This document shows, one piece after another, positions 6,202 through 16,664 of a stretch of DNA of 36,911 nucleotides; positions within the stretch are counted from its first letter, which is position 1, and every line of letters begins with the position of its first letter. The notes under the pieces were generated by a model, which did no database searches, was not told where the DNA came from, and worked only from the letters and a program-made list of their open reading frames with translations. Source of the DNA: an uncultured Thermomicrobiales bacterium (lineage in GTDB: Bacteria > Chloroflexota > Chloroflexia > Thermomicrobiales > CFX8). The position numbers and the translations under genes are program-made. The stretch covers positions 21,305-58,215 of the forward strand of contig CAYNTE010000001.1 in assembly GCA_964399615.1 (NCBI GenBank). The letters run 5' to 3'.

Positions 6202-8157
6202 CTAGTTGCGTCCGAGGTGCCGCTCGTACCAGCCGATGGCGCGCTCCAGCACATCGAGCTGGTGCAGCCGGCCACCGATCCCGTGCGGCTCGCCTGGATA
6301 GAGCACCAGTTCGGTCTCAACACCGACGCTCTTGAGCCCCTCGAAGAGCTCGTGCCCCTGGCTCGGCGGAACACGGTCGTCCGCTTCACCGTAGAGGATC
6401 AGCGTTGGCGTCGTAACATTCTGGATCAGGCGGATGGGCGAGAGGCGCCAGTGCGTATCAAGCCCCTTGGACTCCACATCGCCCAGATAGCGGTTGAAGA
6501 CGCTGCGCACGTCGGCGGTGCCTTGGAAACTGACCCAATTCGCGATGCCGGCGCCGGATACGGCGGCCTTGAAGCGGTCGCTATGGGTGATCGTCCAGTT
6601 GGTCAGGAAGCCACCACCACTCCAGCCACCGACGACGAGCTGGTCACCATCAGCGATTCCCTCATCGATCAGGTAATCGACGCCGGTGATGATGTCGTCC
6701 CAATCTGGCTCGCCGTAGCAGTTCACGATCTCGCAGAGGAACGCCGTGCCCTTGCCAGAAGACCCGCGCGGGTTCGGCAGGAAGACGGCGTATCCACGCT
6801 GAGCCAGGAACTGACCCCAGTTGTGCCAGGTCGCTTGCAGATCGCGGGTCCAGGCGCCGCATGGACCACCGTGGATGTGCGTCATCAGTGGGTAGCGCGT
6901 ACCCTCTTCGTAGCCAACTGGCAGGATCAGCATACCTTCGATCTGCATGCCGTCCTTCGATTTCCAGCTGATCTCTCGCACCTCGCCAAAGTCGTAGTCA
7001 GCAACCCAGGGATTCAGGTCGGTCAGCTTCTTGGCTTCACCGCCGAGGTCAGCGATGTAGACATCGGCAAAGGTCGAATCGCTGCTCTTGCAGAACGCGA
7101 TCTTCGAGCCATCGGCGGAGATGCTCATCGGATTTTGGGTGAAGCCAATTCCGCCTGGTGGCAGCCCAGTCACCGCCGGCGAGAGCTCGCCAGTTTCCAT
7201 ATCGATAACCCGAAAGTCATCCTGCTGCCCGCTCTGGAAGACGACGACGGCGCGCTTGCCATCGGGCAACCACTTCGCGCCCATGAACGAACCTTCGATA
7301 CCAGGAGCGACGATCCGCTGATCTCCACCCTTTACCGGCATGGTCTGGAGCGAGAAGAGCGCCGGGATCACATCCTCTGCGGCGATCATCGCTAGGGTCT
7401 CGCCGTCCGGGCTGAACGATGGCGCGCCGAGCAGGCCGTCATACGACCCCATATTCTCAACTTCACCATCCATCGAGAAGAACGCCAGGTCGGGGATAAA
7501 TGTGTAATGCGCCTTCGGGCTGGGCGTCAGCGGCGAGACAATGCGCGACCCGTCCGGCGACCACGACAGCCCGCCACCCGTACCGCCGACATGCTGGCCT
7601 TCGGGACTGATGCGCTTCGGTTCAGGCATGTCGTCGCCCCCAAGGCTGGCGAGACCCGCCGGGACATCAATGACCCAAAGCCCCTGGCCCTTGACGTCTG
7701 CCTCGACAACTTTGATGTCGTTGCCTTCTTCTTTCTTCTTCTTTTCCTCTTCAGTCTCGGGGTCGACCGCCAGATAGGCGATCTTGCTGCCGTTCGGCGA
7801 CCACGCCAGCTGGCTGACGGCGCCCTCACCCGTCGTGAGCTGAATGGCTTCACCACCGGCAAGCTCAATGACATAGACCTGAGTCACACCACGATTGGCA
7901 CGGTCAGAGATGAACGCGATCCTGCTGCTGTCCGGCGACCAGCGTGGGTAGGCATCGATGCCGCTGGAGGTCGTCAGACGCTGTGGCGCGCCACCTTCGG
8001 CACTCACCAGCCAGATCTCACTCACTCTGCCATCTTTATCGGCTGACGCCGGGCTGACGGAGTAGGCAACCTGTGAGCCATCTGGCGAGATTTGCACATC
8101 GGTCACGATGGTCGCCGTGACGGCTCGCTCGAAATCCAACATTCGGACATCACTCAT
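6202..8157 (-). CDS. S9 family peptidase (acylaminoacyl/dipeptidyl aminopeptidase-like)
   Basis: 651 aa. WSPD/TolB-like propeller repeats, IHGGP, PNPRGSSG, nucleophile GWSGG, DDRVP and EPH. Confidence 0.93.
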   Translation of the reverse strand: MSDVRMLDFERAVTATIVTDVQISPDGSQVAYSVSPASADKDGRVSEIWLVSAEGGAPQRLTTSSGIDAYPRWSPDSSRIAFISDRANRGVTQVYVIELAGGEAIQLTTGEGAVSQLAWSPNGSKIAYLAVDPETEEEKKKKEEGNDIKVVEADVKGQGLWVIDVPAGLASLGGDDMPEPKRISPEGQHVGGTGGGLSWSPDGSRIVSPLTPSPKAHYTFIPDLAFFSMDGEVENMGSYDGLLGAPSFSPDGETLAMIAAEDVIPALFSLQTMPVKGGDQRIVAPGIEGSFMGAKWLPDGKRAVVVFQSGQQDDFRVIDMETGELSPAVTGLPPGGIGFTQNPMSISADGSKIAFCKSSDSTFADVYIADLGGEAKKLTDLNPWVADYDFGEVREISWKSKDGMQIEGMLILPVGYEEGTRYPLMTHIHGGPCGAWTRDLQATWHNWGQFLAQRGYAVFLPNPRGSSGKGTAFLCEIVNCYGEPDWDDIITGVDYLIDEGIADGDQLVVGGWSGGGFLTNWTITHSDRFKAAVSGAGIANWVSFQGTADVRSVFNRYLGDVESKGLDTHWRLSPIRLIQNVTTPTLILYGEADDRVPPSQGHELFEGLKSVGVETELVLYPGEPHGIGGRLHQLDVLERAIGWYERHLGRN

Positions 8158-8198
8158 GAACGCTTCCCTGCTCTTTCTCCCTGAATTCGCTGCGTCAC

Positions 8199-9569
8199 TT
8201 ACGCTGTTCGCGGATAGAGGCGACCACCAAAGCGAATGTAACGCACGGTATCACCACTCGTGATGAACTCAACTCGACCGTCCTCGTCGTCCTCACCTTC
8301 AACCACGATGAACTCATCGCTACCGATTGGCGCGATGACCACCGGCGGGAAGGTGACTTGCTCCTCCGTCAGCGGATGTACCATCGACGCGTCAATCTGC
8401 AGCCCCTTTTCGTGGCGAGTGATCGTCGCCTGTGCTTGCTTGACACCGTACTCCCCAACCAGACGGTCCAGCTCCTCGGCCGGCACCTCCACCGGCTCCG
8501 GGTAGACGTCCACGATGCCGCAATACTTCTCGAGCAGCCACTTCTCAACCGGCCCAATAACTTCGCCGCCGCGGCTGCTGTTCGTCAGAACCGACAGCGC
8601 AAAATTCTGCTCTGGGACAGCCAGCATCTGGGTGATGTGGCCGTTCGTCCCTCCACCGTGGCGGATGATGTCGACGCCACCGCGCGTATCAAGTGACCAA
8701 CCGATGCCCCAGCTGGACACCGAGTTCACTCTCGCCTGCACCGACTGCATCGCCTGGATCGACTCACGGCTGAGCACTTGCTCGCCATCTACCGTGCCGT
8801 CCCCCATGTGGAAGGCACAGAATTTCAGGAGGTCCTCAACGTTCGAGATGATCGCTCCTGCTGGGTTGGATGCGCGCGGAATGGCCCAGGGGTGCGCAAC
8901 CGTGGGCGCATCTTCGCCTGGATTCTGATTGTGTCCAGCTGCTGCTGAGTACATGATCGCTTCCTGGGCGAACCAGAATGAACGCTCCAGCCCCAACGGC
9001 GCAAAGACGCGCTCGGCAACGATGCTCTCAAACGGCTGGCCAACGATATGCTCGATCACGCGACCCGCCAGATAGAAGCCGCTGTTGCAGTAGCTCCAGA
9101 CCTCGCCAGGCTCACGCTCCTGCTTCCAGTTGACGGCAGCTTCAATACCCTTGGCCAGCGCATCGTCGCCGATCCCGTAATCTTCAAAAATGTCGCCTTC
9201 GAGGCCGCTCATGTGTGTCAGCAGGTGACGCATATTGATGGTGTTGAGCGCCTGCTCATCAGCCAGCCTCAAGTCCGGCAAATACTCATGCACGGGTGTA
9301 TCAAGATCGAGCTTCCCCTCCTCCACCAGCATCATGGCGAGGGTGGCGGTGAAGACCTTGGTGTTGGATCCAATCTGAAAGAGTGTGTCGGGACGGGTCG
9401 GGTAATTCGTCTCAAGACTGATGACGCCATAGCCGTACGCCTCGACCTCGCCATCGTGCAAAATACCGACCGTCACACCCGGCGTCTGCGTCTTCTCCAT
9501 CGCATGCCGGACCACATCGTCCAGCGATTCAAACTTCGGCGTCGATTTTGCCTCGTTCACAGAGAACAT
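8199..9569 (-). CDS. Serine hydrolase, beta-lactamase/S12 peptidase family
   Basis: 456 aa. FQIGSNTK (SxxK), LLTHMSG, YCN and HGG motifs, plus an extra C-terminal domain. Confidence 0.92.
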   Translation of the reverse strand: MFSVNEAKSTPKFESLDDVVRHAMEKTQTPGVTVGILHDGEVEAYGYGVISLETNYPTRPDTLFQIGSNTKVFTATLAMMLVEEGKLDLDTPVHEYLPDLRLADEQALNTINMRHLLTHMSGLEGDIFEDYGIGDDALAKGIEAAVNWKQEREPGEVWSYCNSGFYLAGRVIEHIVGQPFESIVAERVFAPLGLERSFWFAQEAIMYSAAAGHNQNPGEDAPTVAHPWAIPRASNPAGAIISNVEDLLKFCAFHMGDGTVDGEQVLSRESIQAMQSVQARVNSVSSWGIGWSLDTRGGVDIIRHGGGTNGHITQMLAVPEQNFALSVLTNSSRGGEVIGPVEKWLLEKYCGIVDVYPEPVEVPAEELDRLVGEYGVKQAQATITRHEKGLQIDASMVHPLTEEQVTFPPVVIAPIGSDEFIVVEGEDDEDGRVEFITSGDTVRYIRFGGRLYPRTA

Positions 9570-9601
9570 CTCCTCAACTACTACAACCGATTCGTCTCAC
9601 A

Positions 9602-10522
<921 letters not shown>

Positions 10523-10558
10523 GATGGACTCGCTCCGCTCTCACCAGCATCCCTACCC

Positions 10559-11485
10559 TCAGGAGAACTTGATCCGCGGATCGATCAGGCTATACAGCAC
10601 GTCGACCAGCAAGTTGACAAACACATAGACGACGGCAATCAGCAGCACGATACCCTGGATCATGGGGAAGTCGCGCGTTCTCAGCGCCTCGACCGCCAGC
10701 AGGCCGATGCCTGGGTAGCCGAAGGTTGCCTCGATAATGACAGCTCCCGAGAGCAAGCTGCCGATCAGCAACCCGATCAACGTCACAACCGGGATCAGCG
10801 CATTGCGGAGTGCGTGTCGCCAGACAACCCAGAACTCTCGCAACCCCTTCGCTCTGGCTGTCCGCACATAGTCCTCAGCCAGAGCATCGAGCATATTGGC
10901 ACGTGTGATGCGCGCCAGCACCGCCGAAACGACCAGCCCCAGCGTGACGGCGGGCATCACGACATGCTTCCAGCTGTCGGCCCCCGCAACCGGGAACCAC
11001 CCCAACCGCACTGAGAAGAACATGATGAACATGAGTCCCAGCCAAAACGACGGAATCGACACACCGGCTATGGCAATCAGCATGCTCAACCTGTCGATCC
11101 ATGAGTTGCGAAAGCTTGCCGAGAGAATCCCCGCCGAGAGCCCCACACTGAGCGCCACGACCAGGCTCGCCGCAGCCAGCTTGACCGTGTTGGGCAGGCG
11201 GTTCATGATCTGGTCGGAGACCGGGCGGTCTGTCCGGTACGACGTGCCGAGGTCGCCCTGCACCGCATTGCCGACAAAGCGAAGATATTGCAGATGGATG
11301 GGCAGATCGAGGCCCATCTCGTGCTCCATCCTCGCACGCTGCTCCTCAGAGGGTTGCGCCATCCCGGCGAACATGATCGAGATCGGATCGCCAGGCACCA
11401 GCCGCACCATGGCGAACACCGCGATCGAGATCCCGATCAAGACCGGGATGATGCTTACCAGCCGATAGAGAATGAACCGGCCCAA
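10559..11485 (-). CDS. Peptide/nickel ABC transporter permease (DppB/OppB-like)
   Basis: Motifs PGDP, GDLGTS, DYVRTARAKGL, HALRNALIP and IDPRI. Confidence 0.95.
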   Translation of the reverse strand: MGRFILYRLVSIIPVLIGISIAVFAMVRLVPGDPISIMFAGMAQPSEEQRARMEHEMGLDLPIHLQYLRFVGNAVQGDLGTSYRTDRPVSDQIMNRLPNTVKLAAASLVVALSVGLSAGILSASFRNSWIDRLSMLIAIAGVSIPSFWLGLMFIMFFSVRLGWFPVAGADSWKHVVMPAVTLGLVVSAVLARITRANMLDALAEDYVRTARAKGLREFWVVWRHALRNALIPVVTLIGLLIGSLLSGAVIIEATFGYPGIGLLAVEALRTRDFPMIQGIVLLIAVVYVFVNLLVDVLYSLIDPRIKFS

Positions 11486-11494
11486 GAATGCTCC

Positions 11495-13381
11495 CTATTC
11501 TTCAATCCAGGCATCCACCCAGATCGGATAGCCCCCCGAATCGAGATGGAAGCCCTGAACAAACGAACGCGCCGCGAACACGCCGAGCAGTGTCCAGAGC
11601 GGGATCGCAGCCGCATCTGCGAGTACGAGCTTCTGGGCTTCGAAGTAGATCTGCTTGCGCTCGTCCGCGTCCAGCGTCTCGCGACCCTGCTGGATCAGGT
11701 CCATATATTCCTGAGGATTGTAGTACCCAAATCCCCAGTTGAAGTCTGAGATAACCGAGAGGACATCGGCTTCGGGCCACCCGACGTTGACCATGTCGAA
11801 GTTGTGCGTGTTCTCTGGAAGCTGAGCGATCATCGTGCCGATCTCTAGCAGCTCCAGGCTGATGTTGATCCCGACTGCCGAGAACAGATTCTGCAACACC
11901 TGGCCAACTTGCTGATTCGTCGGGGTCGAGATCATCCAGAAGACCGGTTCAAGCTTCTGACCATCCTTCTCCCGGCCACCGTCCGCCTCGACCCAGCCAG
12001 CTTCATCGAGCAGCGCTTTCGCCTTGTCGACGTCATACGGGAAGCCGAACTCCTCGATGCCGGGGTCATATTGATAGAGTGCGCTGGGCAACATACCGAA
12101 GTTGCGACCTGCCAGCCCCTCCAGCACCACATCGACGATCGTCTGGGCATCGATGGCGTACCCTACTGCCTGCCGCACCTTGATGTCATCGAAGGGTGGC
12201 AAGAAGACTGGGTCGCCTACCGGCTCTTCGAGTGGTTGCATGGCGAATTCGATGTAGGTGATATTCGTGCCGCCCTCAGTGATCAACACCTGGAAGTTGC
12301 TATCGTCCTGGAGGTGCTTCACCTCTGATGTCGGCGGTACTACCACGTTCGCGTCGCCGGTCTGCATTGCCGCAAGCTGTGTCTGGCCTTCCGGGATCAC
12401 CTTGAAGGTCAGCTTGTCGGCGAGCGGCGGCCCTGTATTCTCCACATAGGTTCGGTAATTCGTGTACTCCGGATTCGGCGTCAGCGAGAGCGTTGAGCCT
12501 TCATTCCATTCGCTGAAGATCCACGGCCCCGAGCCAACGGGATTCTTGGCAAAATCGCCGCCCATCTCCTCGACCGCTCCCGGCGGCAAGATACCGAAAT
12601 ATTCAACAGCGATGTTGCTGAGGAATGGAGCAGACGGCGCGCTCATCTTCAAGGCCACGGTCGACTCGTCAACCAGCTCCGCCGATTCAAATCCTGCAAT
12701 GAACGAGGCTACCTGAGATGGATCATCGGGATCGATCGCCCGGTCAAAGGTGAACTTAACGGCTTCAGCATTTACATCCGTGCCGTCATGGAACTTCATG
12801 CCGCTCCGGATCGTGAACGTGTAGGTCAGCCCGTCGTCCGAGATATCCCACGCCTCAGCGATCAGCGGCTCGAACTCCAGCGCATCATTGATTGAAATGA
12901 GCGTGTCGTAGATATTGCGGAAGACTTCCCATGACGGTCCGGCAACGGTCCGCTGCGGGTCGAGTCCATCGCTATCGCTGGCACGGACGAAGATCAGCTC
13001 ACCACCGCCACCAGCGGGCTGCTCGGCAGCTTCAGTCTCCTCTGCGGTCTCTTCTGCCGCTTCAGTCTCCTCGGCGGCCTCAGTCTCGGTCTCTGCTTCA
13101 GTTTCGTCTCCGGCTGCCTCAGTTCCCGCCGCAGCCTGGGTCTCTTCGGCCTCCTCGGTAGCTTCTTCGGTTTCCTCAGTCGTCTCGGTTTCTTCGGCGG
13201 CTTCGGTTGCGTCGCCACCATCGTCATCGTCGTCATCGTCGCCGCCACAGGCAGCCAGCAGCGGCGCCATACCGAGCGCAGCTGCGGCGAATACCGACCC
13301 ACGCAACAACCGTCGCCGGTCGATTGCCGCACTCAAGAGGCCATCGACCTCATCATCCACACGATCAAACCATCGTGCCAT
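11495..13381 (-). CDS. Family 5 ABC substrate-binding lipoprotein, Tat-exported
   Basis: DRRRLL twin-arginine, LAAC lipobox, acidic linker, TYTFTIRSGMKFHDG, PVGSGPW and KVRQAVGYAID. Start set at ATG 13381 behind GGAGGGG (the track gives 13405). Confidence 0.93.
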   Translation of the reverse strand: MARWFDRVDDEVDGLLSAAIDRRRLLRGSVFAAAALGMAPLLAACGGDDDDDDDGGDATEAAEETETTEETEEATEEAEETQAAAGTEAAGDETEAETETEAAEETEAAEETAEETEAAEQPAGGGGELIFVRASDSDGLDPQRTVAGPSWEVFRNIYDTLISINDALEFEPLIAEAWDISDDGLTYTFTIRSGMKFHDGTDVNAEAVKFTFDRAIDPDDPSQVASFIAGFESAELVDESTVALKMSAPSAPFLSNIAVEYFGILPPGAVEEMGGDFAKNPVGSGPWIFSEWNEGSTLSLTPNPEYTNYRTYVENTGPPLADKLTFKVIPEGQTQLAAMQTGDANVVVPPTSEVKHLQDDSNFQVLITEGGTNITYIEFAMQPLEEPVGDPVFLPPFDDIKVRQAVGYAIDAQTIVDVVLEGLAGRNFGMLPSALYQYDPGIEEFGFPYDVDKAKALLDEAGWVEADGGREKDGQKLEPVFWMISTPTNQQVGQVLQNLFSAVGINISLELLEIGTMIAQLPENTHNFDMVNVGWPEADVLSVISDFNWGFGYYNPQEYMDLIQQGRETLDADERKQIYFEAQKLVLADAAAIPLWTLLGVFAARSFVQGFHLDSGGYPIWVDAWIEE

Positions 13382-13483
13382 CTTGACCCCTCCATGCCAC
13401 TCCACGCGCCCCTGTAGAAGCGCTCATACCCCAAAATTCATGCGTCGAACGTCGAATCTCGTCGCACCCCACTCCTTTCAACC

Positions 13484-14131
13484 TCAATCATTGGCGGGTG
13501 CCTCCGCCGGATCGGCCAGATCGTTCGACGGCTCGGCCACGAAATTCACCGTCGGCACCAGTACTGCAGTGAAGCTGATGCGGAAGTCACCACCTTCTTC
13601 ATCGGCTGCTTCCACCATCCCTTGAAGTTCTTTGAGCCGAGCGACAATCTCCCGCGCCCGCTCCTGGGTCGTATGAACGAAGGTGCGCGTAATATAGACA
13701 AAATCTGGAGTAGCATCGTCGATCGTTTCCGTCAGCGCGACACGCACATCCTTCGCCGCAGCTTCCGGCAACGATGCGTACCACTCGACCCCAGCCATCG
13801 CTCGCTCCGTGCCCCGCTCATCCTGGAGCATCGTGAAGGGGACAGTCAGATACCGTGCAACCGCACGGTAGTACTTCTGCGTCAGACCATTCACGATATC
13901 GGTCCGCACCAGCCTCACCAATCCGACCCGCTCCAGTTCAGCAACATGGTAGTAGAGCCGTGTCGAGGTTTCGCCCAGCAAGGCGCTCAGCTCCCTGACC
14001 GTGTACTCCCGCTCCTTGAGCAAGCGGCAGAGTTTGACGCGCAACGGGTGAGCAACGACTTGCAGCTCCTCGATCGTCCGCAACTCGTGATATGGCGCCA
14101 GATCGCTCCACCTGCCATCACCATCCGCCAC
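13484..14131 (-). CDS. Winged-helix (ArsR/HTH_20-like) transcriptional regulator
   Basis: AHPLRVKL...TVRELSALLGETSTRLYYHVAELERVGLV...KYYRA. GTG at 14131 has a GGGGAGGA RBS (the track gives 14176). Confidence 0.88.
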   Translation of the reverse strand: MADGDGRWSDLAPYHELRTIEELQVVAHPLRVKLCRLLKEREYTVRELSALLGETSTRLYYHVAELERVGLVRLVRTDIVNGLTQKYYRAVARYLTVPFTMLQDERGTERAMAGVEWYASLPEAAAKDVRVALTETIDDATPDFVYITRTFVHTTQERAREIVARLKELQGMVEAADEEGGDFRISFTAVLVPTVNFVAEPSNDLADPAEAPAND

Positions 14132-14195
14132 GTACCTGTCCTCCCCGCATGTGATAGGTACAAGACTGACCCGCATCGTTGCGGCCCGTACACAC

Positions 14196-14213
14196 GTTCA
14201 ATTTCATTTGAAC
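14196..14213. promoter_or_regulatory. Putative operator inverted repeat
   Basis: GTTCAA-TTTCAT-TTGAAC, located at the predicted transcription start of the regulator operon. Confidence 0.55.
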
Positions 14214-14220
14214 CGCGTCC

Positions 14221-14249
14221 AGTATATGGGGGATCAACACCGCCGTCAA
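14221..14249 (-). promoter_or_regulatory. Sigma70-type promoter
   Basis: Minus strand TTGACG (14249-14244), 17 nt, TATACT (14226-14221). Confidence 0.8.
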
Positions 14250-14282
14250 TTGGCGGCGTCTTCATCATTTCTGTGGACAGGC

Positions 14283-15059
14283 CTAGAGGTTCGCGCGCCA
14301 GTCCAGCAGGTGTTCGACGGGACCCAAGTCATTCTCCGGCGCTCGCACGCTATATATGAGATGGGTGATGCCTGCCGCCAGATAGTCATCGGCCAGCTCG
14401 GCTTGATATGGGCGAATGAGCAGAACAGAGCGTTCGATCTCGGCTGGATCGCGCCCCACACGCTCGCACCAACCGTCCAGCACGCCGTTCAGGCGCTTGA
14501 GCTCTTCGGGGTCGCCCTGGCCGTTCCAGATCTGAGCGTGTTCAGCGACGATACGGAGAGTCAGCTTCTCGCCATTGCCGCCGATCAGAATCGGGATCGA
14601 GCCACGCACTGGCACGGGATGTTTTGTCTGCCAGCGCTCTCGCATCAACCCGATTGCTTGCTCCATCGCGCGCAGCCGCTCCCCAGCCGTAGTCGGGTCG
14701 AGGCCTAGGTCGTCAAAATCCCGCGTCCAGCCACCTGCGCCGAGCCCTAGCACCAGGCGTCCACCGGAGGCATGATCGACCGTCCGCGCCATATCCGCCA
14801 TGAGGCCGGGGTTACGAAAGCCAGCATTGGTAATCAGCGGCCCGATTGTGACGCGCTCAGTCACCTCAGCCATAGAGCCGAGTGTCGTCCAGCACTCGAA
14901 CGTGTTGCCGTCCAGATCCCCAAAACGCGGCGAGAGGTGGTCCCAGTTGTAGATGCCGTCAACTCCGAGCGCTTCCACCGCACGCCAAGCGTCCCGCATA
15001 GCCTCGTAGGGTTGATGGTGTGGCTGAATCTGAACACTGATTGTGGGCGCAGAGGTCAT
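14283..15059 (-). CDS. LLM-class probable F420-dependent oxidoreductase
   Basis: Motifs WDH, ECWTTL, RNPGLMADMARTVDHASGGRLVLGLGAG and PILIGGNGEKLTLRIVAEHA. Start is 15059 or 15080. Confidence 0.9.
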   Translation of the reverse strand: MTSAPTISVQIQPHHQPYEAMRDAWRAVEALGVDGIYNWDHLSPRFGDLDGNTFECWTTLGSMAEVTERVTIGPLITNAGFRNPGLMADMARTVDHASGGRLVLGLGAGGWTRDFDDLGLDPTTAGERLRAMEQAIGLMRERWQTKHPVPVRGSIPILIGGNGEKLTLRIVAEHAQIWNGQGDPEELKRLNGVLDGWCERVGRDPAEIERSVLLIRPYQAELADDYLAAGITHLIYSVRAPENDLGPVEHLLDWRANL

Positions 15060-15119
15060 CAGCGCATCCCCCATCTCCATGCAAGCCGTAACCTCGAAGC
15101 AAGGTACCTGGCTGTGTCG

Positions 15120-16622
15120 TTATCCGACCGCGATCGTGAAAGCGTCCGCCCACCGCTGCGCCAGATCTAGCACCTGGCTGGAGAAAATACCCACCAGCAC
15201 CGTGCCTGCCACCATCGTGAGGATGCCGGCACCCAGCATGGGAGTACGGCCGATTGGAGCTGGCTGCTCCGCATCGGAGAAGTACATTACGGCGATGATT
15301 CGCAGGTAGTAGAAGGCCGAAAGCGCCGAGGCCAGCACGATCGCGACAGCGAGCCAGTAGAGGCCGGCGTTGATCGTGGCCACGATGACGTAGTACTTCG
15401 CATAGAAGCCCACCAACGGTGGAAGCCCAGTCAGTGAGAGTAAGAAGAGCGTCATCACTAACGCCGCGATAGGTGACTGGTTCGCAAGCCCACGGAAGTC
15501 GTCAACATCAGTATCACGGCCGCGATCTTGCAGCCAGATGCAGACGGCGAACGCGCCGATATTCATAAATGCATAGGCCAGCAGGTAGAAGAGCACCGAG
15601 GTGACCGACATATCATCTTGCGGGTCGTTGACTCCGCCGAACGCGGCCAGCCCAGCCAGCATATAGCCCGTGTGACCGATCGATGAATAGGCCAGCATAC
15701 GCTTGACGTCACGCTGTGTGATCGCAACGATGTTCCCGTAGGCCATCGTCACGACAGCCAGTACCGCGACGATGATCGACCACTCGTCCCGGAGTGGTTC
15801 GAGCGCCTGCGCCAGGATGCGCACCATCGCCACCAGTCCAGCTGCCTTGGGGATGACAGACATGTAGGCAGTGACTGGAGTAGGCGCGCCCTGGTAGGCG
15901 TCCGGCGTCCACATATGGAACGGCACCGCCGCAACCTTGAACCCAAGGCCAACGATCAACAGCAACAGTGCCAGCAGCAGTGAGGCTTCGATGTCGCCCT
16001 CAGTCACCACACCACCAAGCTCTGCCGCGATAGCGTTGAGATTGGTCGTGCCCGTGGCGCCGTAGGTCCAGGCCATGCCATAGAGCAGGATCGCTGAGGC
16101 AAAGAGGCCCAGCAAGAAGTACTTCAACGCGCCTTCGAGCGATGTCGTGCGGTGCCGGGCGAAGCCAGTCAGCGCGTAGGTGGCGAGCGATCCCAACTCG
16201 ATGCCGAGGAAGATCATCACCAGATCGCCTGCCGCACCCACGAGCATTGTCCCCAGGATTGAGAGACTGATGAGCGCGTAATACTCCGGCAGCGGCATCG
16301 TCCCAGGCTCAGCGCGTGACTTCAGGTAGTTCGACGCCACCAGGATCGAGAGGATACCGGCGGATAAGACGATGATATTGACGAAGACGCGCAGATCGTC
16401 AGCCCGGAACATCGACCCGAACGTTGATTCGTTCGTATCGATATAGAAGAAGGTGGCGATCAGGGCAGCGGCATAACCGGCGACGACCACATACGACAAG
16501 ATAAATTGCCGTTCTCGCGGTAGCGCCAGGTCGAGCGCCAGGCAAAGCAGAACCACGCCCAGAACGATCAGCTCTGGAATGACGAGCGTGAGATCTGGAT
16601 TTATGAGCTCCAGGCCCGGCAT
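15120..16622 (-). CDS. nuoN: NADH-quinone oxidoreductase subunit N
   Basis: Motifs EGALKYF, FKVAAVPFHMWTPDAYQGAP, KRMLAYSSIGH and GLPPLVGF. Confidence 0.96.
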   Translation of the reverse strand: MPGLELINPDLTLVIPELIVLGVVLLCLALDLALPRERQFILSYVVVAGYAAALIATFFYIDTNESTFGSMFRADDLRVFVNIIVLSAGILSILVASNYLKSRAEPGTMPLPEYYALISLSILGTMLVGAAGDLVMIFLGIELGSLATYALTGFARHRTTSLEGALKYFLLGLFASAILLYGMAWTYGATGTTNLNAIAAELGGVVTEGDIEASLLLALLLLIVGLGFKVAAVPFHMWTPDAYQGAPTPVTAYMSVIPKAAGLVAMVRILAQALEPLRDEWSIIVAVLAVVTMAYGNIVAITQRDVKRMLAYSSIGHTGYMLAGLAAFGGVNDPQDDMSVTSVLFYLLAYAFMNIGAFAVCIWLQDRGRDTDVDDFRGLANQSPIAALVMTLFLLSLTGLPPLVGFYAKYYVIVATINAGLYWLAVAIVLASALSAFYYLRIIAVMYFSDAEQPAPIGRTPMLGAGILTMVAGTVLVGIFSSQVLDLAQRWADAFTIAVG

Positions 16623-16664
16623 GACTTGCCCTTCTTCCTCAACGTCCCCAACGCCAGCTAGCGC

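Noticed and set aside
6217-7395. 392-aa plus-strand ORF and similar long antisense ORFs (e.g. 9048-9980, 21036-21947, 28471-29676)
   Set aside because: Typical high-GC shadows opposite genes with clear motifs.
8199-9569. Class C beta-lactamase resistance gene
   Set aside because: No signal peptide, HGG rather than KTG, and a peptide-catabolism context point to a cytoplasmic S12-type hydrolase.
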